A stretch of DNA of 64,000 nt, taken from Gemmatimonadota bacterium (GTDB taxonomy: Bacteria > Gemmatimonadota > Gemmatimonadetes > Gemmatimonadales > GWC2-71-9). The notes below the pieces were generated by a model, which searched no databases, was not told the DNA's origin, and worked only from the letters and a program-made list of their open reading frames with translations. The DNA is taken from the NCBI GenBank assembly GCA_039586365.1, contig JBDHKN010000001.1, forward strand, positions 128,001 to 192,000. Reading direction: 5' to 3'. Below are positions 39,147 to 48,540 of the stretch, in pieces. Numbering within the stretch: position 1 is the stretch's first letter; every line of letters starts with the position of its first letter. Position numbers and translations under genes: made by a program.

Positions 39147-39812
39147 TTGCGTAGACAGCACCGGCCGGGTCGCCCACGACAACCGCTTCCCGAGCCAAGA
39201 CATGCGCTCACGAAACGGGTTCGGCTTCTCATCGATAGGGCCCATGGCGGAAACCTCAGCGATGCCAGCCGGCTGACCGGAATCTCCTATCCAGCGCTGC
39301 GAGATCTCTACGTTGGTAAGGTGATAGGGCCCAGTCTCAGGACATTGGACGCCCTGAAGTCACCGTACGGTGTTGACCTCGGGTGGCTGACAGAAGGAGG
39401 GGCTTCCGATGCCATCGCAATACTCGGTCGGGTCGGGCCGGTGCCGCCGGGACCGGGGGGGGAAAGCACCGGGAGCCGGGCGCTGCGTGAAGTTTTGATC
39501 CCGTTCCTTGCTTGGCCCATGTATGAATTGTTTGCAGCCACTGAGAGGCGCCTGAATGAGCAGGCTCCACGCCCAGACCGACCGATAGTGGGAGAGGCAA
39601 CTGGGGACGCCTTCTCTTTTCGGCTCACAACCTTCTTGCTGCAACCGTTGCTGGCGGCAGAGAAACTTGGTAGCAGCGCCGCAATCCTCACGTTAGGGAG
39701 CTACACGGACGAAGCAACACCGGCTGCGGAGCGGGAACAGTGGATCGCAGGGCTGAGGCATCTGGGCGGCTTTTGGAGTGCCGTTCTTCCCGAGACTCTG
39801 ATTCGAGCGTGA
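39147..39812 (+). CDS. Putative Cro/CI-type HTH protein with an N-terminal AT-hook-like motif
   Basis: RPGRPR; NLSDASRLTGISYPALRDL...PSLRTL...YGVDLGWL HTH-like pattern. Confidence 0.6.
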   Translation: MRRQHRPGRPRQPLPEPRHALTKRVRLLIDRAHGGNLSDASRLTGISYPALRDLYVGKVIGPSLRTLDALKSPYGVDLGWLTEGGASDAIAILGRVGPVPPGPGGESTGSRALREVLIPFLAWPMYELFAATERRLNEQAPRPDRPIVGEATGDAFSFRLTTFLLQPLLAAEKLGSSAAILTLGSYTDEATPAAEREQWIAGLRHLGGFWSAVLPETLIRA

Positions 39813-39889
39813 TATTTCAGTCGGTGGCATGCGGTTGGTAGTGGTGAGTTCTTGTCTCTGCTGCCGTCCGGAACGCAGAGGTTGTGGCT

Positions 39890-40078
39890 TGGTCACTGGT
39901 TCGGAGGATTTCGCCTTCTTTGCTGATCTAATACCCGGGCTGTACTTCACTCTGGGTGTTACCCCCTCAAACGCAGATCCCGATACAGTAGCTGTCCAAC
40001 CACTCGCCGCACCTCTGTGCAGATGAGAGGGCACTCGTAATCGGGGTTCGGGCCCTTGCGAACCTGGCGGTCGACTAA
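39890..40078 (+). pseudogene. C-terminal remnant of an M20 amidohydrolase
   Basis: TGSEDFAFFADLIPGLYFTLGVTP, a frameshift, then NHSPHLCADERALVIGVRALANLAVD*. Confidence 0.75.
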
Positions 40079-40190
40079 CTGTGGACTTCGGCGACTACGG
40101 AACGATAGGAGGGCGAGGTATAGGCGCACACGACAACGCGACCGTGGCCCCGACACCGCACTCCACGTAGTAGCGGCGGCTCGAACCAGG

Positions 40191-40412
40191 CTATCCCTTG
40201 TGTCTGAAAGTAATGCGGCCGCGGCTCAGGTCGTAGGGTGACAACTCTACAGTGACTCTGTCCCCGGCGAGCACTCGGATTCGATAACGCCGCATCTTGC
40301 CGGCAATCGTACATAGCACGGTGTGCCCGTTCTCCAACAAGACGCGGAAGGTGGCGTTCGGCAACACCTCAGTTACCTTACCCTGCAGTTCAATCGCCTC
40401 GTTCTTTGCCAT
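40191..40412 (-). CDS. infA: Translation initiation factor IF-1
   Basis: [30 protein letters not shown]...[18 protein letters not shown]. Confidence 0.97.
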   Translation of the reverse strand: MAKNEAIELQGKVTEVLPNATFRVLLENGHTVLCTIAGKMRRYRIRVLAGDRVTVELSPYDLSRGRITFRHKG

Positions 40413-40494
40413 CTTCTCCGATTGGGTCCTGTTTGACCACTATTCTGTTCGTGCTGCCCAAGCTCCCCACTTTGGTCAGCCAGGCGGATCTGGG

Positions 40495-40539
40495 AAAACC
40501 ACAGGGGCCGTCCCGCGTTTACTGCGGAATGCGGCCCCT
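40495..40539 (-). terminator. Probable terminator hairpin downstream of the csp gene
   Basis: AGGGGCCG...CGGCCCCT stem with a short T tract on the minus strand. Confidence 0.5.
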
Positions 40540-40569
40540 ACTGTAACTCACCGTGAGAAGCAGAACCTA

Positions 40570-40782
40570 TCACTCGCCGAGCTTCACAACGTTTTCAGCG
40601 GCCGGCCCTTTGTCACCTTCCACTAGATCGAACTCAACTCTTTCGCCCTCTTTCAATGACCTGAATCCTTCCGCTTGTATCGCAGAATGATGGACGAAAC
40701 AATCTCGTTCGCCGTTCTCTGGAGAAATGAAACCGAACCCCTTTGAGTCGTTGAACCACTTCACTGTTCCACTGATGCGCAT
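40570..40782 (-). CDS. cspA: Cold-shock protein
   Basis: [15 protein letters not shown] (RNP1), FVHHSAI (RNP2), KGPAAENV. Confidence 0.95.
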   Translation of the reverse strand: MRISGTVKWFNDSKGFGFISPENGERDCFVHHSAIQAEGFRSLKEGERVEFDLVEGDKGPAAENVVKLGE

Positions 40783-40996
40783 TTACTGCAATCTCCTAGT
40801 GTCTCTTTGTCCTAACAAATCTGCCGTGCCTACCGACTACCGTCCAACCCCAACACGCCTGCTCTCCGCCGCCAAACATGATGCATCCGCCGCCTTGCCG
40901 TGGGCCCGGAAGCCAAGAAGAAGCTACGTGACGCATCCAAAAAAGCGGGACCTCGCGTAAGCCAGGCCCCACTAAGAAGTTACCTGTCGCAGTCCC

Positions 40997-41025
40997 AAAA
41001 TAGCGGCGCACGCACACTCTGTCAA
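40997..41025 (-). promoter_or_regulatory. Sigma70-type promoter of the csp gene
   Basis: TTGACA-17 nt-TATTTT on the minus strand. Confidence 0.65.
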
Positions 41026-41054
41026 AACGGTTTCCCGCGGAAAAGCACATGCAA

Positions 41055-41834
41055 TCAGTGGCGATTTGCCCGACCGCTGAATCGTTCCAGGAACGCTCTC
41101 TCTTCTCCTGTGAGGCTCGCAACCCCAGCTTGACCCACCTTGTCGAGAATGCGATCCAACTCCTCCCTATTCACAGGGTGCAATTCGTCCCGCCTGATCT
41201 CGTTCCATCGTGCCAGGTTGGCCGACTCATTGCCCATGCTCCGTTTTGGCACCGGCGCTGCCTTGGCACGGAACAGAGCAGCGGGAGACCTGTGTTCCCA
41301 CCACTTGAGGAAGAGGAAACCTCCCAGAAACCCACCAAGGTGTGCGAAATGTGCTATGCCTTGACCACCACCACCGAACCCACCCGCTAGCGAAAGGACC
41401 GTCATGGCGACCACAAGGCTGCGCGCTTCAACCGGTAGAACACCCCAAATGTAGATCCTCTCGCGCGGCCAGTAACGTGCAAACCCCAACAATACCCCGA
41501 ATACTGCGCCCGATGCCCCCACTATCGCCACCCTCGGTGTAAACGGAAAGGACAGCAGTCCGCCAAAGATCCCGCTTACGAAATAGAGTATTAGAAACTG
41601 TCGACCACCCAGTCGCCCTTCGAGCCGCGGGCCGAAGAAGTACAGCCCCAGCATGTTGAACAGCAGATGCATCCACCCGGCGTGCAAGAACATGTAGGTG
41701 ACTAGAGTCCAGGGTTGCCTCGGAACCAATATGGGCACTAGCCAGAGATTGAATGTCGGGAGTACGCGGAGGACGTCCGTGGCGAAGAAGACCGCCACGT
41801 TCGCTATGATCAAACGTCTCACCCAGAGGGTCAT
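41055..41834 (-). CDS. Rhomboid family intramembrane serine protease
   Basis: TYMFLH, HLLFNM, GASGA, AHLGG; C-terminal LDRILDKV domain. Confidence 0.93.
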   Translation of the reverse strand: MTLWVRRLIIANVAVFFATDVLRVLPTFNLWLVPILVPRQPWTLVTYMFLHAGWMHLLFNMLGLYFFGPRLEGRLGGRQFLILYFVSGIFGGLLSFPFTPRVAIVGASGAVFGVLLGFARYWPRERIYIWGVLPVEARSLVVAMTVLSLAGGFGGGGQGIAHFAHLGGFLGGFLFLKWWEHRSPAALFRAKAAPVPKRSMGNESANLARWNEIRRDELHPVNREELDRILDKVGQAGVASLTGEERAFLERFSGRANRH

Positions 41835-42037
41835 TGCAGAGAAGGCTAGGTGCTTTTGCTCTTCGGCGCCAGTGGCGACGCCTCAGACGTGTAACGGTCA
41901 GTGTGCGCTGTATCCTTGTTCTTCGGAACGCACACACTAACCCCGCGAGGGTCCACAGTGTGCACATGGCCTTCGCAGCGCATCAGGCTTCCCGCTGCCG
42001 TCAGGCAGCACAACCAGCCGACCCGGCGCGGCCCAGC

Positions 42038-42757
42038 CTACCCTCCGCCAGTCCGGGCCGCACGAACGCGGGTCCCAGGCCCAGCGTCCATCTGGCGATG
42101 GCACTGTGCACAGGTCGCCAAGAGATCTCCGTAGACCTTCGCCCTGTCTATGAACCCTGTTGCCTCACCCGCCTGGGTCCCAAGTTCGTGGACTCGGCTC
42201 GCCAGTTCTCCCACCTCTTCGGGTGATTCCGTCGGTTGCAGCGGCGCCTCAGCTAGGGCAGCCACACCGCGAGACCAGGCTTCCTCGGATGGCCCCACCA
42301 ATCCCTCCCACAGCCGCTGCGCGGCCCACTGGTGACGCAGCATGTGGGCAACGACCCCAGCCTCTTGCGGCGGGGGTGCAACGAACGTGAATTGTGCCCC
42401 CTCGTCCATACCCTGATGGCAGCCCCCGCAAATGGCTCCCATCTCTGCCGTAGCCGCGGCAGCAGGAGCGATCTCGTTAGCATCGACTATGCGCTGCGCA
42501 GCAAGCTGCATCTGCACAACGTGTTGGCCCCAACCCTCGGGGACTCCCTGCGTGGCTTCATGGCGGGCTAGCCAGCGCGCGGGTTCCCGAGCAGCATCGA
42601 GGTCACCACTGATAACCGCTGCTCGCGTGGCCTCGACCTGCGTGAAGTGTTCCTGCATGTGGTCCGTTGTGGTTTCGGGTTGACTACACGCGGCCAGTAG
42701 GACCAGGCATCCGTGCATCGAAACAATGGCCATCTTATCAATCAATGATCGCATCAC
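42038..42757 (-). CDS. Dihaem c-type cytochrome lipoprotein (cytochrome c'-like helices)
   Basis: Lipobox LAAC; CGGCH and CAQCH haem-binding motifs. Confidence 0.75.
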   Translation of the reverse strand: MMRSLIDKMAIVSMHGCLVLLAACSQPETTTDHMQEHFTQVEATRAAVISGDLDAAREPARWLARHEATQGVPEGWGQHVVQMQLAAQRIVDANEIAPAAAATAEMGAICGGCHQGMDEGAQFTFVAPPPQEAGVVAHMLRHQWAAQRLWEGLVGPSEEAWSRGVAALAEAPLQPTESPEEVGELASRVHELGTQAGEATGFIDRAKVYGDLLATCAQCHRQMDAGPGTRVRAARTGGG

Positions 42758-42807
42758 TCTCTCCTCTAGCGACCTCTCCTGTCGCTCCGGTTAAGGCTCG
42801 GGGCAGG

Positions 42808-43299
42808 TCACGCCGTATCTCCTGGAGGTCCCGGCGGCGGCCGCAGTTGGTTACGAAATATCATGCGTGCGCACGTGTTCCAGCGCAGTAGCGCGTCGTC
42901 GTTCTCTGGTGGGCTCAGCCGCTCCGCCTGCTCATATTGGTCCATCGCCTCTCGCAGGAGTTCGAAAACGGCGGGGCCGCTGCCCAACGTGCCATGTGAG
43001 AGCCTCTCCTTAGCATGTCTCTCACAGATTATTCCGGCGTAGTAAGCCCTCTCGTAATCACTCCGGAGGCGACGCAGTAGACCCCGCGGCTCGCTCACGT
43101 CCACGCCACCCTCTTCGCCAAGGCGCTCTGTCAAGGCCAGTATTAGTGTGACTAGCGCTCGCTGATTATGGGGATCGATGGCGAGAATATCGCGGCAGAT
43201 GCTGTCAGCTTCCCATGGCTCGTTGAGCAGACGATAGTGTTCTGCCTTCTCGAGTGCTGCTGCGATTCCCTCCTCAGACAGAGCTTTGTACTCGAACAT
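42808..43299 (-). CDS. Hypothetical TPR-like helical protein
   Basis: GAGGGGAG RBS; natural helical composition (ALEKAEHYRLLNEP, YYAGIICER, LLRWNTCAR). Confidence 0.75.
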   Translation of the reverse strand: MFEYKALSEEGIAAALEKAEHYRLLNEPWEADSICRDILAIDPHNQRALVTLILALTERLGEEGGVDVSEPRGLLRRLRSDYERAYYAGIICERHAKERLSHGTLGSGPAVFELLREAMDQYEQAERLSPPENDDALLRWNTCARMIFRNQLRPPPGPPGDTA

Positions 43300-43510
43300 G
43301 ATGCAGTGACTCCCCTCACCGGCAACGCCATGGTATGCGGACTGTTCAGGCTGCCCAATGGGGCCCTAGAGTCTTGCACTTCCAGGCCTGGGCCTTGAGC
43401 GACCGCCGGTGGCAGCTCAGTTTTCCATTACCGGTAAGCAGCGGCGAGTGGGTTGCTGACTCTGCTACGGTCGCCTGCGGCTGATTGCTACAGGCGACCG
43501 CAGCGGCTGA

Positions 43511-44179
43511 TCAACCGGCCGTACCCTCAGCGGGGTTTGCTGCCTCCCACTCGGCCCGCGTCGTGAGGTAGGCACGGTCTATCACAATCGGCGGGTCGAT
43601 CGGCACGTCCTCACGCGTTCCACGTTGCCGCGTTTCGACCTCACCGATCCTCTCGACAACGTCCATTCCACTGATCACCTGCCCGAACACCGCGTAACCC
43701 CACTTCTCCTCAGTGGTGTCGAGTACATTGTTGTCCCTCAAGTTGATGAAGAACTCCGACTTTGCGCTGTTCGGGTCTGTACCACGAGCCATGCCAACGG
43801 CGCCACGGATATTCAGGAGGCCGTTATCCCCTTCGTTATCGAGAAACGCTGCCGTGCTCGTACGCGGCGCGTACTCAGCAGTCAGGCGACCAGCCTGGAT
43901 CAAGATGCCCTTCATGACCCGATGAAAGATGAGGCCGTCGTAGAAGCCACTGCGGACATGCACTTCGAAGTTGGCGACAGACTTCGGGGCATTCTCCCGA
44001 TCGAGTTCCATCGCGATGGTGCCCCAATTCGTCTCCAACACTGCAATGGGCTTCGGGTCTGGCCCCGCAGGCGCCTGTTGTTCGGCCTCGGTCTCGCCAC
44101 CATCACCCGCTTCGCTCGCACAACCTGCGACGAGTAGCATGAGTGCGAACGGCAGGATCTTTCTCTTAAGGGATCTCAC
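43511..44179 (-). CDS. Cyclophilin-type peptidyl-prolyl isomerase, lipoprotein
   Basis: APKSVANF, FYDGLIFHRV, GMARG, SEFFINL, GYAVFGQV; lipobox VAGC. Confidence 0.93.
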   Translation of the reverse strand: MRSLKRKILPFALMLLVAGCASEAGDGGETEAEQQAPAGPDPKPIAVLETNWGTIAMELDRENAPKSVANFEVHVRSGFYDGLIFHRVMKGILIQAGRLTAEYAPRTSTAAFLDNEGDNGLLNIRGAVGMARGTDPNSAKSEFFINLRDNNVLDTTEEKWGYAVFGQVISGMDVVERIGEVETRQRGTREDVPIDPPIVIDRAYLTTRAEWEAANPAEGTAG

Positions 44180-44316
44180 CTACCATCTCCTTTCTAATGC
44201 ATCGGGCAACCCCGGTCGGGCCCTCCCAGACGCCAATCCTCGACCAGACGGCCGGATTCAGCATATGCCAGGGCAAAGTACGGAAGTGGCAACACCAACG
44301 CTTGCCAGAAGACAGT

Positions 44317-44325
44317 ATTATACCA
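44317..44325 (-). promoter_or_regulatory. Extended -10 promoter upstream of the cyclophilin gene
   Basis: TGgTATAAT on the minus strand, flanked by a 9-bp inverted repeat. Confidence 0.45.
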
Positions 44326-45143
44326 CTCCAACAGCATGTTGCCACCCATCGTGGGGACCCAATATCGACAGACGGGCCAACCGCTCTCCGGTGCACCCAC
44401 AGGGCCGTACTTCTGGGTGCGCTCAAGCGTCGGCAGTGCGCCGAACCCTCGGCGAAGCCATCTACCCTCGGACCGACATCGACTCGAGTCGAGCTACCGC
44501 CGCACCGCGATCGCCAGCGGCCCTGCTGTTACGTCGTTGCAGCGTTCTGTCGCGCAACGTGCCATTCGAAGCGCCCACTGCGCTCAAGATGCTGGCCGGC
44601 TGCGATTAGGTACTGTAACTGTAACAGAAGAGAATTTCGCCCGCGTCTGCATCGGTCCTTGAAGTTGCTGAAGCCATCCAAGGAGCAGCGGCAGAAGCCC
44701 CGACCCGTTGCCGCCAAGGAAGACACAGTGGTTGCGGCGTGAAACTTGCCACGTCCTGGTAACGGAATGATGTCGGCGCAATTGATGCTAGGCCGTGCCG
44801 AAAAAGCGGGCACGTACGCGCAGGGAAATGTAACTCGACTCATGTCAAGCAGTTAGCATTTCGCGCTGCGGTGGTGCCTTTCCGTCATCCGCGTGGCGGG
44901 TATATTTTCACGGGAGTATTGAGCAGGGCACGACGGTCCGCGTAGCATCAATCCACGTGCAGCATCCCGGGCGCAGCGGCACCTAACTCGCCACCCCATC
45001 CGGCCGTCAGGGAAGTCCCCCCAGGGGACTGTCGAGAAGTTGATCCACAGGATCTTTGCAGGCGTTTTGCCGAGGAATCCATAACGGATAGTATCCGCGC
45101 TGTTCTCTACGGGCGGCGAAACGCCGGAGAAAGGAGGCATCCT

Positions 45144-46520
45144 ATCGCGCACGCGACACGGAAGTTTCAGGTGTACACGCGGAAGGACATTGACCGGATC
45201 CCGCAACTCCGGCAGCTATCCGAGGCCGAGCGTATGGCGATGAAGGCGGTCTCGTTCGTCTTGCCCTTCCGGGTCAACAACTACGTAGTAGAAGATCTCA
45301 TCGATTGGTCGGACATCCCCGGTGATCCACTGTATCAGCTCACTTTTCCGCAGCCGGAAATGTTGAGCCAGCAGCACTTTTCACGGATGTACGGTTTGGT
45401 CCGCAGATGCGCCAGTGTGGGAGAGATCAAAGCCGCAGCTCGTCAGATACAGTACACACTCAATCCGCATCCCGCGGGCCAGCTGGCGCTGAACGTGCCG
45501 CGCGTGAGCGGCGAGCCGATTCACGGCTTGCAGCACAAGTACCGCGAGACCGTCTTGTTCTTCCCGGCTGCCGGACAGACCTGCCACGCCTATTGCACGT
45601 ACTGCTTCCGGTGGCCGCAATTCGTCGGCATCGAGGAGTTGAAGTTCTCCGGGCGGGAAGCAGACCTTCTAGCCGCGTACCTTCGCCACCACACGGGTGT
45701 GCGAAGCGTGCTCTTTACTGGTGGTGACCCGATGGTCATGAAGGCCTCCAACCTCCGCCGGTATATAGAGCCGATTCTGGATCCCTCTCTGGAGCACGTT
45801 GCGAGCATTCGAATCGGCACCAAGTCACCCGCCTATTGGCCCTACCGGTTCGTCACCGACCCGGATGCCACCGATGTTCTCAGACTGTTCGAGCAGATCC
45901 GAGCGTCTGGGAGGCACGTCGCTGTCATGGCGCATTACAGCCACCCGCGGGAACTGCAGACTGAAATCGCCCAAGAGGCAATACGGCGAATCCTCAGCAG
46001 CGGAGCAACTATCCGTTCTCAGGCTCCTCTCATCAGGCGGGTGAATGATTCAGCTGACCTCTGGTCAGCTATGTGGCGAGAACAGGTTCGTCTTGGAGTC
46101 ATACCCTACTACATGTTCGTCGAACGGGATACGGGACCAAAGGACTACTTCGGAGTGCCGCTCGCGCGAGCGTATGAGATCTTCCGTACCGCATATACAC
46201 AAGTCTCAGGGTTGGAACGGACCGTACGAGGGCCTTCAATGTCGGCCACGCCGGGCAAGGTCCTCATCTCGGGAGTGACGAGCATCAATGGTGAAGAAGT
46301 GTTCGCGCTCCGGTTCCTACAAGCAAGAGATCCCGACTGGGTGGCAAGACCGTTCTTTGCGAGGTTCAATCCCCACGCCAAGTGGCTCGACGACCTGGAG
46401 CCGGCGTTCGGCGAGAGAGAGTTCTTCTACGAAGCGGGGCTGAGGGAAATGGAGGCAGCACAGCCAAAGCGCGGAGAGTCCGGGCGCTTGGATCGCAGAT
46501 TGGCAGTGGTTGGTCGGTAG
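45144..46520 (+). CDS. KamA family radical SAM protein (lysine 2,3-aminomutase-like)
   Basis: GLQHKYRETVLFFP, CHAYCTYCFRW, FTGGDP, IRIGTK, PYYMFVERDTG; start is ATC 45144 (after AAGGAGG) or GTG 45171. Confidence 0.9.
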   Translation: MAHATRKFQVYTRKDIDRIPQLRQLSEAERMAMKAVSFVLPFRVNNYVVEDLIDWSDIPGDPLYQLTFPQPEMLSQQHFSRMYGLVRRCASVGEIKAAARQIQYTLNPHPAGQLALNVPRVSGEPIHGLQHKYRETVLFFPAAGQTCHAYCTYCFRWPQFVGIEELKFSGREADLLAAYLRHHTGVRSVLFTGGDPMVMKASNLRRYIEPILDPSLEHVASIRIGTKSPAYWPYRFVTDPDATDVLRLFEQIRASGRHVAVMAHYSHPRELQTEIAQEAIRRILSSGATIRSQAPLIRRVNDSADLWSAMWREQVRLGVIPYYMFVERDTGPKDYFGVPLARAYEIFRTAYTQVSGLERTVRGPSMSATPGKVLISGVTSINGEEVFALRFLQARDPDWVARPFFARFNPHAKWLDDLEPAFGEREFFYEAGLREMEAAQPKRGESGRLDRRLAVVGR

Positions 46521-46617
46521 CGGACTGCGTTGCCAAGTGCAAGAATGTGAGGCCCGCCAGCGCAGGTCCCTCTTGACGTTCGGCCGCAGCGGCTCTCTTC
46601 CGGGGCTCGATCAAGGA

Positions 46618-47145
46618 CTACCTGTTCAAGATCGAGAGATAGGCCTTCCAAGGGCCCACGGCCCTGTCGTACCGCTTCGCCATCGTACGTGCTAACTGGC
46701 AGATGTGGGAGAGGTCGTGCGCAACCCAAGTCGCAATGAGCTGAGACAGTGTCACCGGGCCAAACTCAGGGTGAGTACCCTGTAGGGATAGCTGCTCCGG
46801 GGCCAGGTTGATTTCCGCTAGAATCTCCAGATTGCGCTGGCGCAGTCCAGCGAAGTCATCAACCAGCTCTCCAAGCGTCTTGTGCGCAATCCTCTGTTTG
46901 AATGCGAACCGGTCAAACGGATCGAAGGTCCGTGTCTGGCCCCGCTCGAGAATAATTCTCGCGCGCGGGATCCAGTCGTCTTCCTCTCCGTGAATCAAAT
47001 GACCGATAACATCCCGTGGGCTCCACGTGTCCGTTCCCTCATCGCAGTCTGCCCAGGTGTCGGAAAGCCCGTATAGCATGGCGTGCAACGCGGCGGGCGT
47101 ATTGCGAAGCAACTCTACAGCCTCATCAAGCCGGAACTGATCCAC
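46618..47145 (-). CDS. DinB family protein
   Basis: WSPRDVIGHLIHGEEDDW, HPEFG, WVAHDLSH. Confidence 0.88.
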   Translation of the reverse strand: MDQFRLDEAVELLRNTPAALHAMLYGLSDTWADCDEGTDTWSPRDVIGHLIHGEEDDWIPRARIILERGQTRTFDPFDRFAFKQRIAHKTLGELVDDFAGLRQRNLEILAEINLAPEQLSLQGTHPEFGPVTLSQLIATWVAHDLSHICQLARTMAKRYDRAVGPWKAYLSILNR

Positions 47146-47184
47146 GCTTCCTCCTGTCGTCCTGAGTAGCCGTCCCCGGGTTGG

Positions 47185-47790
47185 CTACCGCCACGTCGGT
47201 CGTACATCCATGGTGAGTTCGTAGGCAAGTGCCTCAACCAACGGTCCGTACGCCTTGCGGGGATCCTCAGCCGAGAAGTCTGGGATGCCTCCGGTCAGGG
47301 TCAGATGCCCGACCCTGTCTGATATCCGCGCCGACTCACGCCAGATCGATCCGCCGGATTCAGTTGACACCAAACGGACTGCCCCCTGAACGGTTATGGT
47401 AGCTTCGAAGCGCAGCGCTGACAGGGAAGCCCGGGGCTCCACACCGGAAACGTTCAGGTCTCCCAGGAAGACGGCGGGCACGTTGTAGGCCTCTCCAATA
47501 GCCCGGAGAGCCTCCACGTCCATCCGGTTCATCCCTAGCCCGGCGAGGAGTTGGTCTTGCTCACCCAACTCCAGCAGCTCAATGGCCTGCGCAGCCAGTA
47601 CTTGTTCAGCGAAGTACTCCGTTGCCAGGGTATTCAACTCACCTTTTGCGTTTTCCGCAGTGAACGTCACCAACCCGACTCGGCCGTAAGGTGTGACGTC
47701 AAGAAATGGAGGAACGAGCACTCGCTTGGATGCGCAGCCGACTGCGGAGAATGCAGCAATGAACAGCGAGGCTATCAATAGTCTCGACAT
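47185..47790 (-). CDS. Hypothetical lipoprotein (TolB-N/CsgG-like fold possible)
   Basis: GGAGG RBS, ATG 47790, lipobox AVGC. Confidence 0.65.
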   Translation of the reverse strand: MSRLLIASLFIAAFSAVGCASKRVLVPPFLDVTPYGRVGLVTFTAENAKGELNTLATEYFAEQVLAAQAIELLELGEQDQLLAGLGMNRMDVEALRAIGEAYNVPAVFLGDLNVSGVEPRASLSALRFEATITVQGAVRLVSTESGGSIWRESARISDRVGHLTLTGGIPDFSAEDPRKAYGPLVEALAYELTMDVRPTWR

Positions 47791-47854
47791 TCCCACCTCC
47801 TGAGATATGGCGTACCGGCGGATCCCATCTCTGCTCACAAATAATCGTACCAGC

Positions 47855-48532
47855 CTAGCAAAGATGCTTCGTTCGCGCCACCAAGCGGTCCGCGAGCCGG
47901 GTGGGCTCGGGTAGTCTGAAGTGCACTGCACAGGCGAGTACGAGAGAAATCGCCGTCTCGAGATCGCACAGGTGTCCGACACTGACGAAGACCGGCTTCA
48001 CGGCCGTTCTGGTTCTGAGAATGGCAGCAATCACTTCCCCTTCATGTCTGAGCGGGCTCCTAGAGCCACGGTCGGGTCCCGGTTCGCAGTGTGTTCCTAT
48101 GAGCCGGCTCTTGGCACAGCCGATCGTGGGCACGCCGCAAATCACTCCGACATGGCAAGCCAAACCGAAACGTCTCGGGTGGGCCAGGCCGTGTGCATCA
48201 CACATGATCGTGTCAGGCCGGTTGCCAAGCTTGCCCAACGCAGCTAGAACAGCCGGTGCCTCACGGAACGACAGCAGCCCTGGCACGTAGGGGAAGGTCA
48301 GCTTGCGCACTGCCGTTCGTTGTTCGACTACCGCTCGTTGGTCCAAGTCCCAAAGAACTGTGCCGGCGATGCAGTGAGTGCGATCCAAGCTCAGAGCGGC
48401 GTCTACCCCGGCCACAAACCGGGTTCGTGTGTTCGGCGCCGTAGTCAATACCTGCGTTGCCAGTCGCCGTTGGATGGCGATGGCTTCAGCCGGGGTGACA
48501 GACCACGAATGTGGTGGTGGCGGTATCTTCAC
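47855..48532 (-). CDS. nfi: Endonuclease V
   Basis: VAGVD, FPYVPGLLSFRE, DAHGLAHPRRFGLA, GCAKSRL, LPEPTRLAD. Confidence 0.95.
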   Translation of the reverse strand: MKIPPPPHSWSVTPAEAIAIQRRLATQVLTTAPNTRTRFVAGVDAALSLDRTHCIAGTVLWDLDQRAVVEQRTAVRKLTFPYVPGLLSFREAPAVLAALGKLGNRPDTIMCDAHGLAHPRRFGLACHVGVICGVPTIGCAKSRLIGTHCEPGPDRGSRSPLRHEGEVIAAILRTRTAVKPVFVSVGHLCDLETAISLVLACAVHFRLPEPTRLADRLVARTKHLC

Positions 48533-48540
48533 GCCAGCGA

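Noticed and set aside
45010..45055. Replication origin
   Set aside because: Only one near-consensus DnaA box, no AT-rich unwinding element and no dnaA/dnaN context.
45078..45131. Canonical purine riboswitch (CATAA...TCTAC resemblance)
   Set aside because: The conserved kissing loops and P1 stem are absent; kept only as an unidentified structured leader.
44197..45206. Several overlapping ORFs of 65-181 aa
   Set aside because: No RBS or motifs and mutually overlapping; typical spurious ORFs of GC-rich DNA.
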